This document shows, piece after piece, positions 1-13,522 of a DNA stretch of 64,000 nucleotides. Made by a program: the position numbers and the translations under genes. Below the pieces are notes generated by a model. That model worked only from the letters and a program-made list of their open reading frames with translations. It ran no database searches and was not told the DNA's origin. The first letter of the stretch is position 1. The number at the start of each line of letters is the position of its first letter. Origin of the DNA: Tubiluchus corallicola (taxonomy: Eukaryota > Animalia > Priapulida); assembly GCA_030141605.1 (NCBI GenBank), contig JAQGDQ010000001.1:2170001-2234000 (forward strand). Reading direction: 5' to 3'.

Positions 1-81
1 AATAAATTTCTCTCCCGCAAGTTTTAATAAATTTTCTGTCCTAGGCATTGCCTAGTTCGAGTCTGTCTTCAGCCGGCCTTG
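1..81. mobile_element. Right end of a hAT-type non-autonomous element (same family as 45951-47408)
   Basis: CCTAGGCATTGCCTAGTT...AGCCGGCCTTG resembles CCTAGGCAACTACCTAGTTTGCC...AGAGCCGGCCCTG at 47367-47408. Confidence 0.5.
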
Positions 82-1060
82 CTGATGACTGAAACCAAAA
101 ATAAAAATTACATTGTAATTATCTTTAAATATTTTATTACAAAAATTGGTGAGCAATGTTACTGCAATTGCAATCATCAAGCTTTCAATGAAGTGTAGTA
201 AAGGTTGGTCCTGAGCATTTGTGAACAGTCTCAGCTGAAGTATTGAAGTTTACAAGACTGAATTTTTATGGGATAAGTTGTGGTCTCTCCTCTGAATGAC
301 GGAGTTTAGGTTCAACTGATGCATGAAATTGGCATGATGTTAAAAATCATTTTATCAAAAATGCTGTATATCTTCAAAGTGAGGTAAGACTGATGTCGGT
401 AGGCTATGTAAGGTCTCTCTTCAAAATGGTTACAGTTGGTGCTTTGCTGATTCTGCTACAGGTCAGATGTTACTTTTCAAAATGTAGTACAAGTTTTAAA
501 GAAATCTCTATAATCCATTTTTGAAGTAATGCAATGTAGACAAATAAATCGTATTACTGCATATAATGGACTTTCTATAAGAGGTTCATATTTGACATTA
601 GATGATTTTTTTTAGGTAATTGCTATAATTTTTAACTTGTTAACTGCAGAAGCAGACAGCAAACCTGGTGGGCTATTCATTCATGATGTAATGTGACTAG
701 GCTGCTTTGCTTTTTCAAGTTAAATCAAACAAAACCATGACGTGTTTTACACTAGTTTCAACAGAATATAAAATACATATATCAGTTATGTAAACATTTA
801 CATAATTGTCATTATAGATCAATGATCATTACAGCACTTTGGTAATTCTTTTCATATTTAGACCTATACAACTATGATCATATTTAGTTGATTGGTAATT
901 GATGATGAATGCATGATAATACTATCACAACCCTTTTCTGCAAAAAGATTCATTTTTTCAAATGAAAGTACTAAATTCTAAATAGGTATAGTACAATTAA
1001 ATCTGTAAATAAACTTTTCCTGTTATTTGTGTTTAGAATTTTTTGCCACATCTTTAACAA

Positions 1061-4000
1061 ATGGCAGCAAGTTTAAGGCAAGCAAGGGCAAAAATTGAGA
1101 ATATTCACAAACACTCTCACTGTAAGTATGAGAATTATTGATTTACTTTGATCAGCGTAGATATAAATGCTGGTCAGTCACTCCGTTTCATTATCACTGG
1201 CAGCATATTAAACAGCAGATATTGTCATGCAATTAATTTAGCATGTCAGGCTTCACTCATCTTTGAAACTCACTCAACAGTTATTGTGAGCTAAATGACT
1301 ACAATTCTTCTACAGTTAGCAAACGTGAAGTAGAAGAACTACTAAAAATATATGCGTCGCTGACTAAGCCTAATGAAAAACTTGATCGAGTCAACTTTCG
1401 GGATGTCCTGTTTAACTATTTCAACATGACAGATGATATTCTAATGGACAAAGGTATGAAGATTATAGAAATAAAAGTGCAAGGTAGCAAGAGTAGCCTA
1501 TTTAATAGCAGCCTTGCAGACATATTATCTTGCATTATGAAATTATTTTCCTGAAAATACGTTTCATTTTAAAATTAATCAAACCAAAAGACTAAACAAT
1601 GGGGATTCACCTACATCAGTGATATAATTACTGACATAGAAACGTTAGTTTCAATTCCTTTCTGTTGTGAAATAGTTGGCTTTTCTTGCTGTGTTATAAC
1701 AATATGAAGCATTGAATGAACATTCCTAATGATAAATGTACCAAATGTAACACAGGTATTTACATAGCTGTGTTGGAGTTACAGTTTATCTAGTTCATTT
1801 TTCACATGTATCCTAAATAGATGTATTATATTTGTAAACTCGCTACTTGCACAAATTAATTTGTAAATTAAATCTTACTACCTGTTTATTTTTACCAAGT
1901 ATTTTTAATTTTTTTATTTCATAATATTGTTAATTAATGTAATGTAAATATAGAATATTAATTAACGGCTGGTTTTTTTATCATACTTCAAAAACGTCAT
2001 ATACTTTTTCTGTGAAGTATTTTTTGTGAAAAAATTGTTTTTGGCAAGAATATTTTCCTTGTAAATAAATTTTCTGGAACGAACTTACTATAGAACCTCC
2101 ATTATTACATAAAACACATTCCTGGAAAACAAAATTGCCCCATATTTAGCTTATCTTAGCTAAAATTTGCTATTTGAGAATAATAATTATTTTCCTTCTT
2201 GCAACATACAAATTTTGTGAACACTAAAATGTTCAACAGAATATGTTCACAAACATCTTAAAACTTTTGTTACAAACAACCTACCAGTTATGTAATGTTC
2301 TGGAGTAAATATGTAATGCATGAATAATTATACAATTTAAATATGTTTTTTAAGTTTTTAGGACATTTGATGATGACAACGATGGAATTGTGAGCCAAGA
2401 AGAATGGATTGTGGGACTTTCAATTGTTCTAAGAGGAAGTATTGAAGAACAAGCAAAGTGTAAGCAGTTCACAACAATATCTGAATTATCTTACTACAGG
2501 AAATAATGCGTTCTGCCAAACATTTTGTGCATTTATTAATCTACTTGTAATTTCCAAGCCTAAAATCGAAAAGGGTAAGGAATTAAAATACTGTCAAGAT
2601 TTACCATATTAGATCTTGCTTCTTTCTAGATTGTTTTTCCGTGTATGATGCTAATGGTGATGGCCACATTTCTCGGGAAGAAGTTTTTCATATGCTCAAG
2701 AACAGTTTAATCCGGCAACCTACTGAAGAAGATCCAGATGAAGGAATAAAAGATCTAGTGGAATTAGCCATGAAAAAAATGGTGAGCACATCTAGTTTTT
2801 AATATAACACTAACTATAAAAGTAACTTGTATTTTCAGATGTACAATAACGATGTATACTACAAAATCTTGAAAAAACTAGTTTTCGTGGCAAGGTAACT
2901 TAATGGTGCTTAACGCAATTTCAGGTGCAAATTTCAAATTTTGGTCTTTCTTGTGTATTTTGTAACTTTCCTCATTCAAGTATGTATGATTTTCTTTAAT
3001 CTTGACAGTTTGTTTTCAATAGTCTACAAAAATGTTTTCTTATTTATGAAGGACATGGACCATGATAACCGGCTATCCTTACAAGACTTTAAACAGGCTG
3101 TTGCACAAGAAAATCTTCTGCTTGAAGCATTTGGCCCTTGCTTACCAAGTCCAAAGGTAACTATGAAAAGTGAACTATATTTTACACATTTAGAATGTAA
3201 TCTCAGTTTCCATTCAAAAAGATATTTTTCTTATAAGTGTTGTAAACCGTTTTTTTGCAACTATTTTTCGATTGTACAATTAAAATGTTTTTGCTGCTAT
3301 TTATTTTTTCGGTGGCAAGATCTTAAGATCAGTTTTTTCGTCAAACTAGTATGGCAGTTTTAGTTTGGCAAAGTTTGATGGTATCAAACCATCTTGAATT
3401 CGTCAAACAAAAACTGACAAATTCATACCCAACAGCCAATAGTAACGCGCGTTCGTCACAACATACCGACTGCTCATTTTCGCACGGCGTTCAGGAATTT
3501 TATCATTATAATTTTGCAAGTGGCATAAATATTCGATGATCAGCATACGGCGTTGGTTAGTTAAAATGAACTTCTTGCAGTAAATAGTCAAATATTGCGG
3601 GTGTGACGTATGCGCACAATTGAAAAAGTCACGCAACACCTCAACATTTAAATGTTCGAAAATCAGGCTGCAACTGCCTCTTTCCATTCTTCGCTGTAGC
3701 TATTTTTTTCATATGAACTTTTAACACTTTCTTTTCCAATTTCGATTTTTTAATTGTTCAATCCGAAGCTAGCCCAACAGACAAATTTGACTGACACCCT
3801 TGTTGAATAGTTACTGCCACAGTTTGATGAAGTTTGATATCGTCTAAACACGCACCGGTTTTTAAATTGGCAGTTTTTGTTTGTCAGTTTTAGTTTCCCA
3901 GTTTAGAAACTGATCGTCTAAATGGACCATTAGTTGTTGAAAAAAATTTGAGACTCGTAAGTGTTAATTCATGTTGAACTTCATGTGCATAATAATACCG

Positions 4001-4952
4001 CCTGTGTACATACATGTAATAAACTGCTAGTCTCAAATTTTCATTTCAATACGTAATTATCAATATGCAACAATAGTCTTACATATCCTCATATATGTAT
4101 GTATATATATATATATACTCTGCTTATGTAGATTATACAATTCGGAATTGGCGTTACTACTAGCATATTGATTATAGTGGCACTGGTTGATAAACAAAGA
4201 TTGCAAATAATAATAGGCGCAGCTGTTATGAGAGCTGCTCTTAAAAAATTATTGAGAAAAGCTGATTGCCGATTCAGAGCACATACTGATTCATAAAAGA
4301 TAAAACCAGTCTAACTACCAAGCAAACAAATTTTACAGTGTACTGCTTGATCCCAGCATTGTAAAATTCGTAACTATTACTGATTAGTTTATAACATTGG
4401 ATACTGTAAGTTGCATACATTCTGTAAATCTTTGTTGTCACTGTCACATGTACAGCTGAAAAGCATGTGACATAAGAAAAATAAAATTTTTGCGAATTTG
4501 CAAGTTCTACATGCTGTTTAGTTTTGCAAATTCACTCCTATTCGCAAATTTCATGAAAGCATTTTAAGCGAAAAGTCTTCAGTAAAATAATACTTGGATT
4601 CAAATTTTTGTTTCTTTTTAATATCCATTGTATTACACAGAATATCTTGTTGCTTTGAAAATATAAGTATTGTTTTATTAGCTAAACCAAAGGGCATGCA
4701 GAAAATTCTGATTTCTGAAAATAGTAGAAAACTCCTCTTTGAGTTACCAAAGTGACCAGATATTTGCTCAAAAATAAGCCTATACTGAATGTCAGCTATT
4801 CTAGGGCTAAAGTTCGTTAAGCTTTAGCAGTTTATCACCCAAGTATATTTGGTCTGTTTACTGTGAAGCAAACCAATATCAATATTTTTTGTATTCTCTT
4901 GCAGGCCGCTGAAGCATTTTTAGCTACATTTGCTGACGAGTATGCAGTATAG
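1061..4952 (+). CDS. EFCAB1: Calaxin / EF-hand calcium-binding domain protein 1 (NCS-type outer-arm dynein Ca2+ sensor), 6 coding exons, 202 aa
   Basis: Exons 1061-1121, 1316-1453, 2355-2459, 2630-2781, 3052-3156, 4905-4952, all GT-AG and phase-consistent (609 nt). Translation includes [67 protein letters not shown] and [11 protein letters not shown], which match calaxin/EFCAB1. Confidence 0.93.
3320..3930. mobile_element. Degenerate MITE-like element in calaxin intron 5
   Basis: Repeated TGGCAGTTT/CAGTTTTAGTTT subterminal motifs and a short inverted GATCAGTTT...AAACTGATC pair. The left terminus is not clean. Confidence 0.35.
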
Positions 4953-5403
4953 CAATGCTAAATGGTTAAAGAAATCCCTTAATTTTTAAAAATGAAAAAT
5001 GTGTAATGTATTGAAACTGTATTTATCATTACGTCTATAGGTTGCCAAACTGCAAGAAGCATGACTTCTTTTACAATTGCACTATTTTGTTTTATGCTCA
5101 TACTCTTTTTTATGTCTGCTCACAGTTTTCGTGATATCAATAATTTTGTACACTCTACAGAACAGAACAAAAGGTTTTGCTAGCATGCAAATTTCATAAT
5201 CTATGTTGGTGGGATGTTCTAGAAATAAAATGGTTGACATTAGTACTGTTATGTTGGTTCCTTACATTTCTAAACCATTGTGCAGGTTTAACTGCTACAA
5301 GATCGTTACGAGCAATCTTCCTCATCAGCAGTTAACAAAGAAACTTGGCCACTGTTCCGTAACACAATTTATTTTTCAATACCAGCCTTACAGATTTTAA
5401 AGT

Positions 5404-8279
5404 TTAGATCATCTTGCGTAAGAGAGCGTTTAGCAAATCTTCACGGTTACCGAAGTCACCTCCTTCAACAAAATGGTTAGCTTTTTTGCGCCATCCACCA
5501 GTAGGAGTGTTCAGTTTGAAAGGCCACAGAAAAGTATTAACCTGTAAATCAAATTAGAACACTCAAAATTACAACATTTCTTAAGCATGGCTTCTAGATT
5601 ATCAGTCTTTTTACAAATGCAGGGATGAGAATTTTCCGCGGATACGCGTAATTCCGAGTTTTGGGAAGACCAGTAGTGCCATTTTTGTAAATTGCGTAAA
5701 TTCATTGAGAAAATTTTTACAGACCCAGTACATTATTTCACAAGCTGACCGCTAGTTGGCAGGCCGTCACTTTGTTTAAAAATCACGTACATCAGTGAAA
5801 CCACGTGTATATCTCTATGTATAAAAATATAGAATCAATTGTGTGGAGTTTTTGAGTCAACTGCAGACAGTTTTTATATACTTTTGCATAGGAGCGGCCA
5901 GTACTTAGGTGTTTTTGAGACAATTAGGTATCATGTATCCTTGATAGTTGGGTATTTTAAATTTTGCAAGAAACAAGGTAATTGATATTTTAAGTCCACT
6001 TAGAGGCTCTCTATGGTCATATGGTCACCAAATTGCAACTTGCTGCTGTCTCCAAGGGGACTTTGCACCTCAACCCCATTGGGGGCCTAGGAGGACCCCG
6101 AACACCTGGCCTGTTTCAGAGTTTTTTGCAATTTGTCATTCTCATCCCTGCAAATGCATGTCTGTCAAACGGCATATTTAGCCATTGAAATATTATACAC
6201 AATTTAACCCTTGCACATTGTAATAAACACATATAATCTGGAACTCATCGTCTTCCAGAAATAAACAGTATGTTCATATTAAATCCATTAACTACTGATG
6301 GTATGGATCTTTCTACATAAACAGCTTGTTTTAAAAAATGTTTAACTTAGGAAAACTAGATTTGTTACTAGGACAAGTTCACATACACATTATATAGAGA
6401 CTGTGAAAGTCATGTTTGAAGTTGTAGATCACTCACGTTGTTTTGATTGAGTTTAGGCACAGAAGTATGAACAAGAATAAAAAATCTATAATACATATTT
6501 GCACTGCACAAAACAGAAAAGTGTTTATTAAACTAAAGACACATGAGTAGCATGACTGCTGCACTGAACACTGAGAATGAGAGTCCTGAACACTGAGAGT
6601 GAGAGTGACTAGAAAGTAAAACCAGTCAGTATATATAGGTATAGGTGTCCTATGCAGACTTGTACAGGCTTCACAAAAACCATTACTTTAAAATAGGGAG
6701 AGAACCAGTGAATATGCACTCACTGGACCGTACAATTATACTGGGGGTAAGTTAGCTGGCAGAATGTAACAGATTAGTTCATAGATGGCAGCACCTAATT
6801 AAAAATGTACAATTCCAACTTCCACAGAGACAAAGATGCAAAATATTTTCAAGCATCTAGTCTAGTAAGTTTGTTATGCAAAACATGGTAAGCTATGTGA
6901 CAAAAGAATACATGAGTAGTCGTGGTGTGTGGTTGGTTACAAAGTTAAACAACGCTTTGTGCAGCCACTAAATAAATGGCAACTAAACTGGTGAAAATGA
7001 CTTAACCATATTGACCTAGCTAATATATTTGTTGAAGAAGAATGCATAAGCATCTAACTGTAGCTAAAACACCCTGCCATTTTGAACTTTGGAATCCCAT
7101 CTTATGAATTAAGCTTGAACATGAATTAGGTGCTGGTCTTAACCACAGCCATCAACATATCAACATTAGTGAAAACTATGCATATATGCTGAAACCCAAC
7201 TTGCATTATGGTTAAATTGCATGTAAAATTTGCTTTGCTAGCTGTTCTTTTATACTTTGATACAAAAAATATTTTACCTCCTTAAAATGTGGTCCACATG
7301 TGAATAATTCGTGTATTATATCTTCTATGCAAATAATGTTATACCTAAATGAAAAGAGACTGCATTATTACAAGCAACACCAACTAAAAAGGACATATCG
7401 AGTAGCAAATGTTAAGCTGCATTTACGAAAATTGCAACAACACACTGAAACATTTGACAAAATGTAATTTAAAAATAGTTTGTGAAGTAAAAAAAATTGC
7501 ATTGAAGAATCTTATTAATTTTGACCATGAATTAATGGAAAAATAATCCGACTCAAATTTTATTAACTTAAAAATATTAAATTATGGCATTTCACAATGA
7601 GCTCTGCAATTGCATAATTCAATAAATAAACAAGTAATGGTACACAGTTAAAAACTCCATGTCCACTTGAATTACTCATAATTTAAAAAGGGTTTAAACA
7701 TCAACACATCTGCAAATATTGTCAAAAAAGCCAAAATTCTTACCTGCCCAAGTGCTTCTCAATAACAGCATTATCGATAAGTGGCTCACGTCGCTTATCG
7801 ATTTTTGCATAGCCCCGTTTGTACACCAGTTCTCTGACAGATTTCAAGTTAGGGTAGCCCCAAGCAATATAGGGCTCTGCTATTCGCAGCATGTGAATTG
7901 TAGCTTTATTCAGGCGGACAAATATTCCATTGTTGATCTGACGCAAACGAAGCAGCTGAAGAGTTTTCCTTACTCTTGGATGAACACCATTGATACCACG
8001 GATACGGATGACAAATGCTACTTTTGGTTCTGGGGGAACATAGAAGTTACCATGATGACGGGCTTGCTTGGCAAGACGGATCTGATCCCTCTCTTGTATG
8101 CGATACTCTCGTATATACTGTTCAGCTCTCTTAAAGATTTCTTTACGCTTCTCCTTGTTCTTTTTCTTTGCAAGGAGTTTATTTTGCAAACGCTTTGCCC
8201 TTTGTTCTGCATTCTGTTTACGTTTTTTTAACAGTGACTCGGGCACTTGAGGTAGCCTTTTTTGCACCTCAGCCATCAT
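5404..8279 (-). CDS. RPL7: 60S ribosomal protein L7 (uL30), 3 coding exons, about 246 aa
   Basis: Exons 8279-7744, 7344-7278, 5541-5404 (741 nt, in frame). Motifs [83 protein letters not shown]. Minus-strand AATAAA at 5368-5373. Confidence 0.95.
5620..6150. mobile_element. hAT-type MITE (531 bp) in the last RPL7 intron
   Basis: Perfect 13-bp TIR CAGGGATGAGAAT / ATTCTCATCCCTG, flanked by direct repeat CAAATG (5614-5619, 6151-6156). Confidence 0.8.
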
Positions 8280-8659
8280 TAATCTATAAAGAAAAATAGA
8301 TAACAAATGATTCTCACATATTCTCTAGTGCTATGAAAATAAAGTATATGTATTTAATACTAAATGTTATAGCTAAAACAATACGAACTTCATAGATAAC
8401 CATAATAACTGAAATTTCAATCCTCAGGTGGTGATTGACGACATCCATGACTCACGAATGTACTCACACAGTATTGTCATAGTAATCACAATCCTGTACT
8501 AAGAAAATGAAATAGATCCAATTCTTGAGTTCCATAACAGTTGAGGACATTCTAGGACTAATTCAACCTAATAACAACTAAGTGATTTGGTCACTAGGAC
8601 TGGATTAATGCATGGCTGGACTGAGTACATAATCCACAGCAATTAACCTCATTACCTAA

Positions 8660-9097
8660 GAATTCCTGGAAGCTAAACATTTAATCACTTGCTTAGCCGT
8701 ATGCTTTTGAAGGTCTGTCTTTGCCAGAAAGTTTAATCAGTTAGTTGCTACTGTTATGCTGGGGACACAGCTACAGGTACAATACCGTACGTCATGATCT
8801 TAGATGAAACTACAGTTAAGCTGCAGGGAAACACGAGCACCACCAATAGTTTAAGCACGCCAAGCACTACGTATTTTACAGAATTTGTGCATCATACAAC
8901 AACAGGTTTTCAACGTTTTTTATCATTATGAGAGCATTGTGAGCCAACTCCTTCACAATAAAATGAAGCAGCTGACTTTGAAGGAATTTTTGTAATTTTT
9001 GCAAATAAGCAGAGTATGATTTAGTAAAGTATACCTTTTAATTTATTGCTAATTCACTTATATAAATTAATATTTTAAAATAATTTTTCTAATTTTT
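8660..9097. repeat. Dispersed repeat copy in RPL7 intron 1 (second copy at 56700-57125)
   Basis: Shared strings GCTAAACATTTAATCACTTGC and GACTTTGAAGGAATTTTTGTAATTTTTGCAAATAA...TTTAATTTATTGCTAATTCACTTATATAAATTAATATTTTAAAATA. Confidence 0.8.
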
Positions 9098-10216
9098 AAC
9101 TGCACAAATGAATTTAGCCATTATTTCATTTCTAAAATTCATTAAAAAGCTTTGCAGTGCATAGTAAGCTGGTGACTCATGCTATACCAGTAATACCACA
9201 CCCATTGGATAATAGGTTCAGTCGGTTAATTGGGTCAAAACACTTCAGTCCCAAAGTGAGTCTATTAAGTGGTGCCTACTGTACTAAGTTTTCTTCTATT
9301 ATTTTAGTAGAATGCCACACACAAGGGGGACAAGGTTTAGACGTATATAGTTTTTGTCATCTAAATTTTTTTCACCAACTGTAAGTAATGGTACCCAAGG
9401 CATTTTTGACTAACAGATCATTTTATGTTTTGTTAGTTCCTGATAGAAAAAAATCTGTTACAAAATTATTAGATCATAGTCTTTAATATCGCAGAATTAT
9501 AGCTAACCGTACTGCTCAGACAGATCATCTGTAATCTTTATTTGCGAAAATGACTATATATGCTTTTTCCCTATGGTTTTCTCTCTCCTTATGCCTCTGT
9601 TTATCAATTCCTATTGCATTTACTAATGTTGCTTTTTCTCTAAAGATTAAAGTTTTCTCTCTAGTGGAAGTGCCACCTAGTACTAGTAGCAGTTCTGCCA
9701 GCCCTCAACAGTATGTCACATGCCTATTAAAGTACTCAGAATTCTTAGAGCCACACTAGATTTTATGGTGGATCCACAAAATAGAAAATGTGATGCTTGT
9801 ATTCAGCCTTTTCGCTTTATTCTGCATCATCTTCATCTTTGTCTCAAACAGTCCCTTTTTTAACTAATTAACACTAACAGGAAAGGAGATTCCTCCACTC
9901 GACTGTCCGGTAAATCCATTCCATTATTCTTCTTTACGAACTACCATATTTTTCCGCTATTTTACTCGGGACAATTTTTTGTTCTTTTATACCGTCACCA
10001 AACAAAAGCCAACCTAATCGTGGCACATAAGTTATGTACAGCACCATTTCATAATTTCGACATACGGCTTGCTAAAAAACAGCCTACCTAAAAGTAAGTT
10101 TGAATCATGCCAAATTGATTATGCCAAAAAGGTTGATTAGCTTTGCAGTAAAACTCAACAATTAACACAAGCATTTAATTAAAAAAGAAGAACAAATTCT
10201 TTACAAAAAAAATTAC

Positions 10217-10250
10217 CTCCATGCACAGCTAAAACTACGTACGAAAAGGA
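10217..10250 (-). promoter_or_regulatory. TCT/5'TOP initiator and probable first exon of RPL7
   Basis: Minus strand reads TCCTTTTC (YYCTTTYY TCT motif typical of ribosomal protein genes) at 10250-10243, followed about 30 nt later by a donor GAG|GTAATT at 10217/10216. Confidence 0.65.
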
Positions 10251-10417
10251 CGTTCGTATGTTTTTATCAAAACCGTGAATGTCATCTACTATTTCTATTC
10301 AGTTTAACTTCGTTATCCAAATCAATTATGTCCCCGACTCCCCGGTAACCATAGAAGTCAATAAAACTGACACACTATTATAATAGTTGATACTATTATC
10401 ACGAATTGCCTATTTAT

Positions 10418-10824
10418 TAGGGTGAGCATCGAACATTCGAATTCGAACGTTCTAATTTGATTCGAACGACTTTTTTAGTTCGAATTCGATTCGATCCTAA
10501 GACTATAGATTCGAATAAATAAGCACTTAAATGACACACGTTCTTTATCATTAAAACGATTGAAACATCATGCAATTAGCATAATTTAGCTGTGATTTCC
10601 GTGCACAATTTTAAACAAATTATTGGTGGTTTTACTTTAGAACAAAGTCGAATAATATGCATGATCTTTGTATGACTAATTTTTTCTGGTAGTTCGAAAA
10701 CTTGTTCGAAAATCTTTTAACCTCAATTCGAATATGAAATACTAAAGTTCGGTCAGTTTCGAATTCGAAAGTCATAAATTCGATTCGATTCGAATTTGCT
10801 TTCTGGTACAGATGCTCACTCCTA
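10418..10824. mobile_element. hAT-type MITE (407 bp) with TTCGAA-rich subterminal repeats
   Basis: TIRs TAGGGTGAGCATC / GATGCTCACTCCTA and a perfect 8-bp TSD CTATTTAT (10410-10417, 10825-10832). Confidence 0.85.
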
Positions 10825-11523
10825 CTATTTATAGTGAAATTCAATTCTACGCCGACTAGTCAACGAGCAAGTTACATAACTTACTTAATCTCGTTCTAGC
10901 CTATAGAATAACTAACAATTTTTGTAATCGTGTGCCTATGCCTTATAGTGTTTGATTAATTGCCCATTGTACTTATTATAAATGTACTTGTGATTGCAGT
11001 GCTTTTGTCAAATAGAAATATTGTTTGAAACAATTCTATGCCGACTAATCAATTGACAAGCAACTGATCGACACCCAAATGTATAGTGTAAGCAGCGCAA
11101 AAGTTCACTGGGCAATCCACTGTATTAGTGCTTCCCATAATTTCCATTACAAGGGGGGCCCGAATAATTATTAAGAAATATTTGTAGGTTCTTCAAAAAG
11201 TCTCAGAAAAGCTTTGATAGTAAAATTCCACAGCATCATTAAATAAGAAAAGAAACTAGTTAAATTACCAGTCATTCACGTAATGTGCAATTCATTTTTT
11301 TATTCATTTATCAATTCCTTGTTTATTTTTATTAATTTCAGACTTTGTTTGATGTTTCATCTTACTAATTAGATGATATCAAACTAAAACTGAAACTTAA
11401 ATTAAAATACGCTCAACCGGTTTGAAGATTCCTCAAATTGCTTGTATTTTTGTCCTAAAATGTTTCGGTATCAAAATTAAATTAATTAAGCATATAATAA
11501 CTAAGATCGTTCATGTAAATGAA

Positions 11524-12205
11524 ATTATGTGTGTGTAACTACCTTGAATGCGTTTATGTTCTTCCATTAGGCCTATAAAATATACATCAAAGTTTAATGG
11601 TCCGTGACTTCTGTCTACAGTTTTTAATTTGCATTATTGTGTTACTAATGTAGTATGTGTTTTATTATGTTATATATGTAAGTAACTATGTATTTATATT
11701 TTGATAAACAATGTATGTATTGTGTGCATACTTCCTTCATAAATATTAAATACAGTGTATTATGTTTGGTCTTTCTTTCGTTAGTTCTCTCTTTAACTAT
11801 TGTTAATATTTGTCATTGTACGCCGTGCAAACAATGGGTGTTAACAATAGCTATACCCATTGTCCTGACAGAAACTGGTATAGCATCCAAGCTCGAGCAG
11901 AGTTTAAGCTGCCTCAATGACAAGAGATTCTTTTAGCCAAGACCATTCACCTATTGATGGCTTCATAAACATTCTGCTTGTGGGGAATCTAATTAATCAG
12001 TTAATTAACTAGGCAATTCAGCTGGCGATAAACCAACTCGGGATATTAAATGTAACAGTTAAGCCGGAATTAATACACCTAGGAATTATTATGTGTGTGT
12101 AACTACCTTGAATACGTTTATGTTGTTCCATTAGGCCTGTAAAATATACATCAAAGTTTAATGGTCTGTGACTTCTGTCTGCAGTTTTTAATTTGCATTA
12201 TTGTG
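11524..12205. repeat. Local direct repeat of about 120 bp (11524-11642 and 12087-12205)
   Basis: ATTATGTGTGTGTAACTACCTTGAAT...AATATACATCAAAGTTTAATGGTC...TTTTTAATTTGCATTATTGTGT occurs twice with few mismatches. Confidence 0.85.
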
Positions 12206-13522
12206 TGTGTGCGTGTGTGTGTGTCATTTGTAGTTCAGGCACGTAATAGTTTACGCACGGTTCTACTGAACGAGCACAGAACAAAGGGAAAATATTCCAT
12301 ATAGAAAAACTGAATTCCGAATTTATTTTACATGCTTTATTTTAATTTTACTGAACAATTCACTTATTTACAAATTACAAGTACACGTATATCGGCTCGT
12401 TTTGCTCAAACAAATTTATTCATACTTTGTCATAGTTCTAACGAATTATTTTACTGTCATTTTAATAATGTGTCCACGCATCCTAAATAAGCCACAACTT
12501 TTACAGTCATTATAATCATGCAAGCTAGGTAAACCTATAATATACGTAATATTCATACCCACATAATATAATCAAATCATAATAAAAACTGACTGTCATA
12601 AATTATAAGCAACTAAAATCTTACTTGGTAATTGGATGAGATCGATGTTTCCCGTAATAAATTGTGATAAATTTTCAATACAGCGATGTAGGAGTTAGCT
12701 GCACACTGAATTAGCATAATGATTATTAATGACAAAGTTTTCAGCCTAATGATCTGGATTGTTCCGCAATTAAACCGTCATTTCCATCAAATATTACTCA
12801 TGTTAGATATACTCTAACTTTGTACATGCACAAATATACTACTGTATTTACATATGTAAAAGTGTTTTTACTTGTGATAATTAATTACCATAATTTACTT
12901 TTAATTGGTTTATTGGTGCGCAAAATTATATGTATTAGGATACATGAAATTGATATCGTAACAACCCAGCAAGTATGGAATTTATATTCATCTGCGTGTT
13001 TCTTACTTGCGCTACACAATGGCCATTTGCGACATTAACCTCGTAATCGGTGACAATTGGAGGAGCTGTACATTTCTAGAACTGGTCAAATATGAGCAAA
13101 AGAGAGTTAACTTGCACACAACGGAATTCTTATAATCATAAATGTACATACCCGTACAGCTAGAAATTCATGACATTTGCTTAAATTATTCGCTAAACAA
13201 ATATAACTCTTGCGCTTATAACATTACATGGTGCAAAATAAGCAGTCAGTGTGGACCATTGGCAAATTATAGAAACGTTAACCTATTCGATCTAACATTC
13301 AGGAGCTTTACTCTTCATTTTTCCCAATTTCGTCTAGCAGATTTTGGCAGACGAACAAAACGAAGAAAAAAGGAAAACGTTACAAAAAATAAATCACACA
13401 AGTAAAAACACTAACAAGAACCTGCTTAAAAACAAAAAATTATCCTTGCAATAAACAGAATTTATAGTGACAAGACTACTAGTTTGATTAAAATCTAAAA
13501 AAATAAATAGCATAAAGCATCA

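Noticed and set aside
82-96. CTGATGA..GAAAC hammerhead-ribozyme-like core
   Set aside because: Only 2 nt lie between CTGATGA and GAAA (no stem II), and there are no supporting stems I/III.
7719-8231. 170-aa plus-strand ORF
   Set aside because: Antisense shadow of the RPL7 coding exon.
8420-8495. Possible C/D snoRNA in RPL7 intron 1 (minus strand GTGATTA...CTGA)
   Set aside because: The C box is imperfect, there is no terminal stem, and I recognise no rRNA-complementary guide. A snoscan/Rfam search would be needed.
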